From Haplodiscus bocki (Eukaryota), in NCBI GenBank assembly GCA_965655095.1, contig OZ296649.1, forward strand, positions 108,810,001-108,874,000: a stretch of 64,000 bases of DNA, given 5' to 3'. Below the pieces are notes generated by a model, which searched no databases, was not told the DNA's origin, and saw nothing but the letters and a program-made list of their open reading frames with translations. Of the stretch, positions 50,101 to 57,497 are shown in pieces. The translations under genes and the position numbers were made by a program. Within the stretch, counting starts at the first letter, position 1. Each line of letters starts with the position of its first letter.

Positions 50101-50758
50101 GCGTATCACCGTCTGCCACCTCGATATCGAATGCCCTCAGTTTGTCAAAAAGAGTTTCTCGAAGTTGATAAACGGATTTTGGATAAATGTTTTTAACCAA
50201 CTCTTCACATTTCGGCATATGACGTTGTAAATTGGAGCTCCTTGTGAAAAAAGTATTGCATGTAGAACACCGAAAAGATTTAAATACCTTGTTCACATCA
50301 GTAACATAACAGATATGGTTGTTATATCTCAAGAGAGTTGCTGTGGAATTGAATCGTCGCAAAGAACGCTCAGCAAGTTCTCCAATAATTCCACCATCCG
50401 AAACTTCAATGTCATACACCAAAATGTTCACCTCTGCCAGTCGTTCAACAATATGAAGATCTTCTAACCCAACACCTCGAAAATTTTGAACTGATAAATG
50501 TGGGTTGGCTGTGAGATAGGCATTGAGTAGTTTCTTTGTCTCTTCCTCCACCCTTTCGTTTCCTGTTTTGTGCATACACACAGCCCTTAGCAAGCAAAGG
50601 TTGTCATTGTAACGTTCTTTGTTGGACTTGTAAGTGAGGCAGTTAACATCGCTTCGTTTAACTAGGTTGGGAGGAAGTAAAATATCCTTACAACCAACAG
50701 GAACACTCTTCAGCAATGCAGCAAAAATGGTTACATTTGTAGTAAAAAGAACTTCCAT
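47102..50758 (-). CDS. polB: Protein-primed family B DNA polymerase with OTU-like domain, C2H2 finger and Vsr-like nuclease insert
   Basis: OTU-like DNLCLLRAV..RYNNHIC; CSTC..QRHMPKC; ExoI VFDFES; ExoII FNSAKYD; ExoIII YNNKDV; motif A DASQLYP; Vsr-like VDGF..FEALGCFYHFC..MWECQW; motif B KLLANSSYG; motif C MDTDS. Confidence 0.96.
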   Translation of the reverse strand: MEVLFTTNVTIFAALLKSVPVGCKDILLPPNLVKRSDVNCLTYKSNKERYNDNLCLLRAVCMHKTGNERVEEETKKLLNAYLTANPHLSVQNFRGVGLEDLHIVERLAEVNILVYDIEVSDGGIIGELAERSLRRFNSTATLLRYNNHICYVTDVNKVFKSFRCSTCNTFFTRSSNLQRHMPKCEELVKNIYPKSVYQLRETLFDKLRAFDIEVADGDTLFNNFAVFDFESVCVKSSKLVDTETTTWVGKHEPISVSITSNLLEEPIFICNSEPHSLVSAFVNSVESLAEKNKLEMNLKFHDIATRIKEKLERVLSAINTKRRQLSNGNEPHERLVDMGDDDEDEISVSTQFLLTQKNKLIELQLHFERYVNTFPVFGFNSAKYDLNLIKAYLIPLLVNEREIEPTVIKKANQYISFKFGNVQFLDIMNFLGGATSLDSFLKAYKTTETKGFFPYEWFDSPEKLTYPTLPPYDEFFSRLRNCNPLDKAYSDYQSFVNSGCSSEEALKKLRVSSIPPTGQENYAYLQQVWKNHDMQSFKDFLRWYNNKDVVPTLEAMKKMIEFYHSKRIDMLKLGCTLPNLANICLHSSTNVKFYPFPEGDKDLLEKIREDMVGGPSIVFTRKAVVGQTCIRSSSNTCKSIVGIDASQLYPYAMCQPMPTGLYTRWEFDADLQRFKPRSNKTRSFENMVMAFFQNSRPECNIESFYTTGTQRKIDCFSVDGFCSHCNTIFEALGCFYHFCESQEGQPCLTDEDIVKGQRKREMDELRRSYLLEKHYSIIEMWECQWKLHMRENHEIKSFVRSTFPYKRPLSFENLLSRIRKGELFGYVQCDLRVPENLREKFESFPPIFKNIFVSRSDIGDFMKKYAEENKLMTQPRRMLISSFHIINGTIITPLLNFYLDLGLECDRIYRFVQYTPMKCFNSFVQSAVDARRKGDENPHSSVVAETMKLLANSSYGYQIMDRSRHTITRYLNDEKAHKAINSKFFKKLNHLNDNLYEIESAKADVEHKEPIIVGFFILQYAKLRMLELYYNFFQKFCDFNSFEEMEMDTDSLYLALAHDSLEDCIKPDMREVWNNIRMNDCSNTFAADSSNNFFPRTCCSKHIKHDKREPGLFKEEFRCTEMICLCSKTYCCFDQSTDKIKFSSKGLNKRTLEESGTGPLEKYRCVLDEKINEQSTNRGFRTIQHSVCTYEQTKRGLSYFYPKRIVLNDGIHTKPLLL

Positions 50759-51459
50759 TTGGTTGAAGATCTTTCTCTTGTACTCAATTCCACAATGTTC
50801 AAATCATCCAGTCTCTGCTGAAATTCCGTCATATCTTCTTTGTTAGCTATGAGAAGTGACCTTTCTAGAAGTAAACTATTCTCGTGCGCATAGAAATAAC
50901 GATAACTTCCATCTTCGACATTACGAAGAACGAAACCCAGTGCTAAATTAACTTTAGCTGCACAGAGCAAACTTTCGAAAACTTGTTGAATTTTCTCTCG
51001 CAGGAACTTTGGTGTAATATTTGTTGAGGCAAAATTGAAAACATGCTGTCTACCTCTGACGAATTCGGAATCAACCAAAAAGTGTTGACAGGCTGTGAGC
51101 TCCTGACGAAGAGCTTGATCGTCGTAATCGCCCATAAATGCGTCCAGGTTCGCAATAACATTTTGTATTCTTGACGTTGTACCATGTACCGATTTCTTGT
51201 GCCTTTGCAGTGAATAGAAGCTGGGGTATTCTTCCTCGCAAATATTGCATTTTGTTTTTGCTATCATGGAGGGTATTGCATGCTTTGTAGCAGTGTGATG
51301 ATCCATCTCAGTTTGAGTCTTGCAGAAAAAGTTGGGACATTGTGGACAAGATTTTGTTCCAGAGGTGCACGATTTCTTATGCCGTGATAAATTCACTTTT
51401 TTCACCTTCTTTCCACAGTAATTGCAGGTTGTTTGTTGATTATGATCGAGAGATGGCAT
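50731..51459 (-). CDS. Zinc-finger plus putative terminal-protein region, probably the N-terminal part of pPolB separated by a 1-nt frame offset
   Basis: Three fingers (CNYC..HKKSC, CPQC..HTATKH, CNIC..HKKSVH), then KVNLALGFVLRN..YRYFYAHEN..STKWKF. Overlaps the polB ORF by 28 nt. The old element has fingers at the start of its polB. Confidence 0.8.
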   Translation of the reverse strand: MPSLDHNQQTTCNYCGKKVKKVNLSRHKKSCTSGTKSCPQCPNFFCKTQTEMDHHTATKHAIPSMIAKTKCNICEEEYPSFYSLQRHKKSVHGTTSRIQNVIANLDAFMGDYDDQALRQELTACQHFLVDSEFVRGRQHVFNFASTNITPKFLREKIQQVFESLLCAAKVNLALGFVLRNVEDGSYRYFYAHENSLLLERSLLIANKEDMTEFQQRLDDLNIVELSTRERSSTKWKFFLLQM

Positions 51460-51678
51460 CTTTCCTTCAGTTAGATTAAGTTAGATTATGGGAGAGTTCA
51501 AAAATACTTGAATCAACTTGATAGTCACTAAGCAAAGTTTAAAGTAAATTGAAAAACGAACTATTTCGTAATCAATCATTATTCCATAAAAGGATAGAAC
51601 GAATCAACTAACAAATATGATGAAAGAACGAAGTCAACGCAGCAACTCGTATCATTCGTTTATTGATTTCGTTTATAC

Positions 51679-52010
51679 TCTGCTACAAAATTATTGAAGT
51701 GGAACGCTTTTCCTCCAGTGAAGACTGAATGTCTGCAGGAGTTAATCAAGTGGATCAGTTCATTCTTACACCTACCACAATTTGTATGCTATGTTCACTC
51801 ATTCGGAACACTTCCCTTCCAAATACAGACAGTTAGTCTGAGAAAATTGATCGAGTGGAACATTGCCGCTCCAAATAGAGACAGTAAATCTGAGAAAATT
51901 GATTAATTGCAACGGTTCCCCGCACAGTTGAGGACGGGTTGTCTGAGAAAATTGATCAACTGTAATTTTTTTCTCCGCCGGTTATGAAGAAGCTCCTGAG
52001 ATAATTATTT
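51679..52010. repeat. Degenerate ~53-bp tandem array in the divergent intergenic region
   Basis: TCTGAGAAAATTGAT at 51837, 51889 and 51942; weaker copies in register at 51679, 51732, 51785 and 51995. Confidence 0.7.
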
Positions 52011-52298
52011 CTTTCCGTCATGCTTTTCTCCTCTGCTGACGTTGTTACACAAGAATTCAATGGAGCGTAACAAAATATAAAACTAATCGAACATGCGTGG
52101 GATTGGTTGTTTTTCGCCTACACTTACTTTAAAAGAAAAAAATAAAATCTTTTTATCAAGATATTCTATTTTTTTGCAGAGTATAAACCAATAAAAATTC
52201 AACACGATAGCACTACTTTTTCATTGGATGTAACACGAGCTCAAATTTTCTTGTCATATTTTGTTTCTTCTGCATTCAGTAATTCTAAAGACAAGTAG

Positions 52299-52907
52299 AT
52301 GCCTATCAAGAATCAACTACCCACGCTCTCTAAACTCTACTCAATTTACGAGGAGATTCCTGAAGACTTATTGGATGAAGCTGACATTGATTCTTATTTC
52401 TACCACAGCATTTTAAACATTACCAAAAAAGAAAATCGTCTTGTTCGTCTCAGCAAAACATCGAACAAAAATTCCTTCAACTTTAAAGTTTTTAAATTCG
52501 ACTGCTCCACAATACAACAAAAATATTCCTTGAGCGAAGAAATTACTTTGACAAGACGAGAATTGGGAGTAGTTCTGGATTGTTTGAACGATTTCTTACT
52601 ACAATTCGAAGCAGCTAGACAATCTAATTATTACTCTTTACCAACACCGAAAGCTCCCATTGGCTACACGTTTCTGAAAGACGATCTTTTTTGTCAACAT
52701 ATACACGAGATCACAGAACATTCAAAACGGCACATACGACTCTCGTTTGGACTCGAATTGAACAAGGACTGGATATTTTCTTTTAAAAAATTTACTCTGA
52801 CTGACAGCGAGTTTCTCCTCGAGGAAATTATCGATTTGCGTCACTCCGAAGTAAAAAGCCTCTTATCTAATCGAAAATTTATTAGATCCACGTGTTTTCT
52901 CACGTGA
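52299..52907 (+). CDS. Hypothetical protein with two putative PC4-like repeats
   Basis: RLVRLS..FNFKVFKF..EEITLTRREL and RHIRLSF..IFSFKKF..EEIIDLRHSEV show an internal duplication with a strands-then-helix pattern. Confidence 0.6.
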   Translation: MPIKNQLPTLSKLYSIYEEIPEDLLDEADIDSYFYHSILNITKKENRLVRLSKTSNKNSFNFKVFKFDCSTIQQKYSLSEEITLTRRELGVVLDCLNDFLLQFEAARQSNYYSLPTPKAPIGYTFLKDDLFCQHIHEITEHSKRHIRLSFGLELNKDWIFSFKKFTLTDSEFLLEEIIDLRHSEVKSLLSNRKFIRSTCFLT

Positions 52908-53053
52908 ATTTTGCTGCAATTTTGATTGGTTGATCATATTCCCCAAGAGAAATTTTTTTACAAATTCATACAGAATTCATTTCTCATTTTGTCTCAATTC
53001 AAAACAGTTATCACTTACCGATCTTTCTATCTCGCTTCCCAACCTTACTCAAC

Positions 53054-53713
53054 ATGATTTTTTCCGTGTCGAACAACAACATGAACTGGTCTCTGGAATT
53101 TGGACCAGATACTGTCTCACTAGAAGTGCAAAATTTCGCGGACCAGGCAGTTCTGAATTCAATTGAGATTCCATTAGCTGTGTGGAATCTACTCGAAAGT
53201 CAAAGACTGCGATTTTTGGAGGATGCAATTAGTGGCGCACCTCTAACAGAAGATGAGCAGGCGAGACCCTATGAAGTGCACGAGCAAGCAAATGTACCCA
53301 ACCTACTCCCCAATCATGCAATGCGACAAGATGCTCTTCGAGGCTGGGAGGGACAAGAAATTGTAATCGATAACGGTTCAACAACAGATTCAGGCGTAGT
53401 CACTATGTCTCCTGGAACCAGTACGGTCACAGAGACATCAAATGTTTCTCCCAGCATCTTCGATCTGGCTATTGATCGCTACGGATTCGATTATCCGGTG
53501 TGGACAGACAACTCTGGAGATGATGTTGATGTGCATGGACAGGAGCATTTCGACGATGATGAAGAAGACGAGGAAGATAGGGAGAATACTCCACCTGCAG
53601 GAGTCCATGACAATGACGACAACCAACCTCAACGTCTCAGACGCAGCAATGGAGTACCTTTTCAAAGAGTTGAAAACATAACTAATTCCGTAATCAGATC
53701 ATTGTTTGAATAG
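53054..53713 (+). CDS. Acidic, largely disordered accessory protein
   Basis: Intact 219-aa ORF; FDDDEEDEEDRENTPP, RLRRSNG and C-terminal VIRSLFE. Confidence 0.75.
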   Translation: MIFSVSNNNMNWSLEFGPDTVSLEVQNFADQAVLNSIEIPLAVWNLLESQRLRFLEDAISGAPLTEDEQARPYEVHEQANVPNLLPNHAMRQDALRGWEGQEIVIDNGSTTDSGVVTMSPGTSTVTETSNVSPSIFDLAIDRYGFDYPVWTDNSGDDVDVHGQEHFDDDEEDEEDRENTPPAGVHDNDDNQPQRLRRSNGVPFQRVENITNSVIRSLFE

Positions 53714-53769
53714 TGTTTATAATATTTTTTTCACCATCGTACAAATTTATTCATCTCACTTAATATCTG

Positions 53770-54114
53770 ATGTTCTCTGTTTCTAAATTCAACTTTTCGA
53801 AATTGTTTTTCTTTTCATTCCGCAAAATGTGCTTGTTAGATAAGGTTGTATGCATTAGTTTAGTTCTAGTATTGGTAATCGCGTTTCTGGTTGCTACGAT
53901 AGTTATGTACGAAGCGAATCGTGTCTTGGTACACAATGATACTACTACGTCTTTCACGTTCCAAACGTTATGTAAAGAAGACTACCATGAATATTGTCTT
54001 AACGGAGGAGAATGTTATGTTGTATCAACGAAAGATGAAGAGGAAGCTGTAGCCTGTATGTGTACATCTTTTTATGGAGGTGGTAGATGTGAAAAATATA
54101 TGTGGTGGACGTAA
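53770..54114 (+). CDS. EGF-like growth factor with N-terminal signal/anchor helix (likely start ATG 53827)
   Basis: Hydrophobic VVCISLVLVLVIAFLVATIVMY, an NDT sequon, then C-x7-C-x5-C-x13-C-x-C-x8-C (CKEDYHEYCLNGGECYVVSTKDEEEAVACMCTSFYGGGRC). Confidence 0.9.
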   Translation: MFSVSKFNFSKLFFFSFRKMCLLDKVVCISLVLVLVIAFLVATIVMYEANRVLVHNDTTTSFTFQTLCKEDYHEYCLNGGECYVVSTKDEEEAVACMCTSFYGGGRCEKYMWWT

Positions 54115-54385
54115 AATCACAACAAAACAACCTGACAGAAGTTACTAAATAGGTAAGTAACGATATCTTTTTGAAACAGATCATGAAAAACTGAACAAAA
54201 AACGTGACGCGTCAGAAATTTTAACTGTTTTTTTTCTAACATGTTTGAAATTAATAATGAAATTTTCACAACAGTTGACGAATACAAATATCACAAAACA
54301 TTGAAAAGTTGAAGAATATTAAACGTAATATTAATCAAACTAAAGTTCTTGATATACAGTCATCCTTTCCATCTTAGAAAAAGTA

Positions 54386-55132
54386 TTAATTGGAAGGTTT
54401 TATTTTGAACGATACTAAATTACTTTCATAACCACCGTATCCATCAAGGAAACAGTCAATGATTTTCATTAGTTCCAGTTCAAATTTTGTTTTTCTCCTC
54501 ACACTCTCGACTCTCTCCACAAAAACTGATCCGGTTGTTTGAACTGAAATTGACCTTTGAACTGATGTCAGCATGTGTTTTTTGAACTTCTTTCTGAGTA
54601 GTCGCTTTTTTGCAATGCTGGGCATCTTATCCACTCCTTTATTGAGTTTGTTGAACGAAACGGCTCTTTCCACACTATCGAATATTTCTCCATTTTTCTC
54701 CAACACCTTGCCGCTGAATCTGAACTTGAATAGAGTGTAGAAACAATCAACGTGTTGATATGTGAAGCAAACACGGTCCAGTTTGACGAGTAGGTCATTC
54801 AAATCTTTGTCTGCAAGGAGAAGAACGTGGAATTTGCAGTTTTTCAAATAACAGAATGCAGGATCGTGGACTGCTACACAATAGTCACGACAGAATAGGA
54901 ATTTCTCGTAGTCATCGGTTGAAATAAACAAAGATGTCTCGGAAAATTTTTGGAAAAAGCTTGGAATTACCTGCAACATAACTGCAGCCATTGCTTCGCT
55001 TGCTAAATGACAGAATGGAACGTTGTAAACTTTTACTTTACTAAATGATAGAATGGAACGTTGTACACTTTTACTTTTCAGATCAGTTAGGTTGTTTTTC
55101 ATCCAATAGAAACTTGATTTGCTTTTGACCAA
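54386..55132 (-). CDS. Hypothetical protein with degenerate HUH-like motif (true start probably MAAVML near 54991)
   Basis: YCVAVHDPAFCYLKNCKFHVLLL and C-terminal IIDCFLDGYG; homologous segments at 31784-32315. Confidence 0.65.
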   Translation of the reverse strand: MVKSKSSFYWMKNNLTDLKSKSVQRSILSFSKVKVYNVPFCHLASEAMAAVMLQVIPSFFQKFSETSLFISTDDYEKFLFCRDYCVAVHDPAFCYLKNCKFHVLLLADKDLNDLLVKLDRVCFTYQHVDCFYTLFKFRFSGKVLEKNGEIFDSVERAVSFNKLNKGVDKMPSIAKKRLLRKKFKKHMLTSVQRSISVQTTGSVFVERVESVRRKTKFELELMKIIDCFLDGYGGYESNLVSFKIKPSN

Positions 55133-55409
55133 AAAACAACCATTTCGTTAGCCAATGAAATTTCAACACACCACTTGCTACTGTTTCTCAACACCTTACT
55201 CTCGTAAATTAGAAGGAAGCTTATATGGAAATGTGTTCCAAAAAAGGAATAGATTATTCACAATGCAACCAAAAAATCACTTTTGACCAAACACAGTCAT
55301 TTCGTTAACCAATGAAGTTTGGACACACTACTTGTTACTGTTTATCAATAGCCTATTCTCGTAGGTTAGAAGGAACCATATATGGAAAAGAGTTCCTAAA
55401 AAGGAAATA
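55122..55409. promoter_or_regulatory. Duplicated ~130-bp putative promoter module with CCAAT and GGAA-CArG motifs
   Basis: Copies at about 55122-55251 and 55280-55409. Each has CCAAT and AGGAA followed by GCTTATATGG (55219-55228) or CCATATATGG (55376-55385). Lies between divergent genes. Confidence 0.5.
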
Positions 55410-55551
55410 AAGGCAAATGCGAATGAGAAGCCAAAAAATAACCTCTTCGGTTGTTGTAAACTCAACTCCAATAATCATTTCATCCCGATTCTGTTTCAAA
55501 TACACTCGCTCTAACTTCAATTTCAACAAAAATAATTCATTTTAAAAAAAG

Positions 55552-56139
55552 ATGATTTTCAATATTACTTCAGCACTCGACAAAACGTCTTGTACGGACT
55601 ATGTTGATTTCGGCAAAAATGCGGACCGATTTGGGAGAATTTCTTGGTCCCAAATCGAAAAAGACAATCAGAAGTATCTGGACATCCAACTGAAAGTTTT
55701 CCGAAAAGATGACAAGGGAGACTTCCGCAGACATCAGCAGATAAAGTTGGGGGTATTCGATTTCAAACAACTCCTCTGTTTGCGGAACCCAATTGTTCTG
55801 GCTGTTAGAGAGTTTTCTACAGACGAGACGCTTAAAGAAGTTGTCACTTCACCCCTTTCCAAAGATTTGGATGAACAGCTAAAACATGTTCAAAAGGCTA
55901 TCACAATTGTGGATCGACCCAAAAGGAAGATAATTGCTACCATGAAGAAATACTGCATGGATAAACCGGAAAGCACATACGTGCAACTCCGTCTTTTCAC
56001 GAGAAATAGTCAACATGATAAATTTCAGCAGCTAGTTTTTGTTAACTATAAATATGATGAATTTTTGTGTTTGTTAGATGTTATTAATTCTATATCTGAT
56101 CAAGTGTTGTCGAATCAGTCTCTATGTAACATTGTTTAA
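55552..56139 (+). CDS. Hypothetical protein with two putative PC4-like repeats
   Basis: KYLDIQLKVFRKDDKGDFRRHQQIKLGVFDFKQL and TYVQLRLFTRN..QQLVFVNYKYDEFLCL. Confidence 0.65.
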   Translation: MIFNITSALDKTSCTDYVDFGKNADRFGRISWSQIEKDNQKYLDIQLKVFRKDDKGDFRRHQQIKLGVFDFKQLLCLRNPIVLAVREFSTDETLKEVVTSPLSKDLDEQLKHVQKAITIVDRPKRKIIATMKKYCMDKPESTYVQLRLFTRNSQHDKFQQLVFVNYKYDEFLCLLDVINSISDQVLSNQSLCNIV

Positions 56140-56186
56140 TTCAGGTTATTTCTGTCGAATCATTTTTTTGAATAGAGAGTGTCGAG

Positions 56187-56606
56187 ATGAGTTGGAACAT
56201 TGGAGATAACCGAAATGTTTTCCTAAAATTGAGAACAAAATTGGGGCTTTATCATGTACTTTTAACTTCATCGGAACAAACTCCCAAAAAAGTAAATCTC
56301 ACAATTGTTGAGATGCAACAATTACCAGAAGTCGGAAAGTTCGATTCTGAAAACGAAATCTCTTGTCTCAGGTGGATAATCTTCAACGGAAGACGAAAAA
56401 TTTGTGTCTTTTACAAAAGCGATACCGATTATGTAGCAATTACGGTATATCGATACCGCAATAACATGTATATGAAAGATTCGGATATTGAGCTCAAATT
56501 AACCGAATACAACACACTTTTGGAAAAGAAAAAGTATCTTTTAAGTTATCTCGAAACCTTCTCCAAAAAATTTATCGTAGTGGAGGAGTCAACTTATCAC
56601 AATTGA
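56187..56606 (+). CDS. Hypothetical protein with two short putative PC4-like repeats
   Basis: WNIGDNRNV..KKVNLTIVEMQQL and YVAITVYRYRNNMYMKDSDIELKLTEYNTL. Confidence 0.6.
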   Translation: MSWNIGDNRNVFLKLRTKLGLYHVLLTSSEQTPKKVNLTIVEMQQLPEVGKFDSENEISCLRWIIFNGRRKICVFYKSDTDYVAITVYRYRNNMYMKDSDIELKLTEYNTLLEKKKYLLSYLETFSKKFIVVEESTYHN

Positions 56607-57034
56607 TATTATTTTGCTGGGAGATGGACGTCTTCTTTGTTGTTGCTGTTATTCAATCTTACGCGGGATTGAAACTTTGTTCCCCATTCAAAAAAAACAC
56701 AGTGAGGAAAAATTTATTTTTGAGTGTTTGTCACTGCTTGGATCCAAAAATCTCCTTGCGTGAGATGAATGATTTGTACCCTCACGGTGGACTTATTGGT
56801 TATGGTGATTCATACCTGGACAGTGTGTTACGTTACTCGAAAGTATTTCGTCTACATGCAATTTTGCACGATGCTGCTGGTGCTGTGTATACAGAGAAGA
56901 GGAAAGGACCGGGTTATTGCTATATTATTGGACGTGGACCAAACTCGTGTTTGTTTGGTCATATTACAGGACTTCTTTTTTGTCTCTATTTGAAATTTTT
57001 TGTACCCTCCATATTCAACCGATTCAACTGTTGA
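56603..57034 (+). CDS. Phospholipase A2-like protein
   Basis: GGLIGYGDS..RLHAILHDAAG..GPGYCY; homologous to 31145-31561. True start uncertain. Confidence 0.68.
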   Translation: MILFCWEMDVFFVVAVIQSYAGLKLCSPFKKNTVRKNLFLSVCHCLDPKISLREMNDLYPHGGLIGYGDSYLDSVLRYSKVFRLHAILHDAAGAVYTEKRKGPGYCYIIGRGPNSCLFGHITGLLFCLYLKFFVPSIFNRFNC

Positions 57035-57236
57035 CCAAAATACCATGAGTTACGATAGTGATAATGTTTGTCAGATAACATTTTTAACGATGTAATTTGA
57101 TAAGTTGCGATTTTGTAAGTTTGTATTTTTTATGTGTCCAATTTCTTATATGTTTATGAAATCGAATTGAAGTTTTTCATTGTGTCTCATTTTTGTTCCA
57201 CTGAAACATTACATAACTTTGCACTTTGAGAATCGG

Positions 57237-57497
57237 ATGGCTAACCAAGCAGATCAGATCAACTTAGATAAAACTGTATTCGACGAAAACAATTCAGAAA
57301 GAAAATCCTGGAGTTGTATTGGACATTCTTGTTCAAGATCGCTAATAGTGTTTTTGTCCCAATTTTTCGTCATATTGTTAGTTATCCTGGGCAGTTGTTG
57401 GAGAATACATTTATCAAAATCTTGCGACGAGAGTACAGTTTGGGTGGGAATTTTGTGTAGTGCTGCTGGAATCATTGTTCCTACTCCAAGACTATGA
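57237..57497 (+). CDS. Small two-helix membrane protein
   Basis: MANQ start; hydrophobic LIVFLSQFFVILLVILGSCW and VWVGILCSAAGIIVPTP. Stop overlaps the ATPase start (ATGA). Confidence 0.75.
   Translation: MANQADQINLDKTVFDENNSERKSWSCIGHSCSRSLIVFLSQFFVILLVILGSCWRIHLSKSCDESTVWVGILCSAAGIIVPTPRL

Noticed and set aside
47400-50846. Several plus-strand ORFs of 60-128 aa
   Set aside because: Antisense shadows of the polB reading frame with no motifs.
51679-52010. Repeat-spacer appearance suggesting a CRISPR-like array
   Set aside because: The spacers are related to each other, so this is a diverged tandem repeat.
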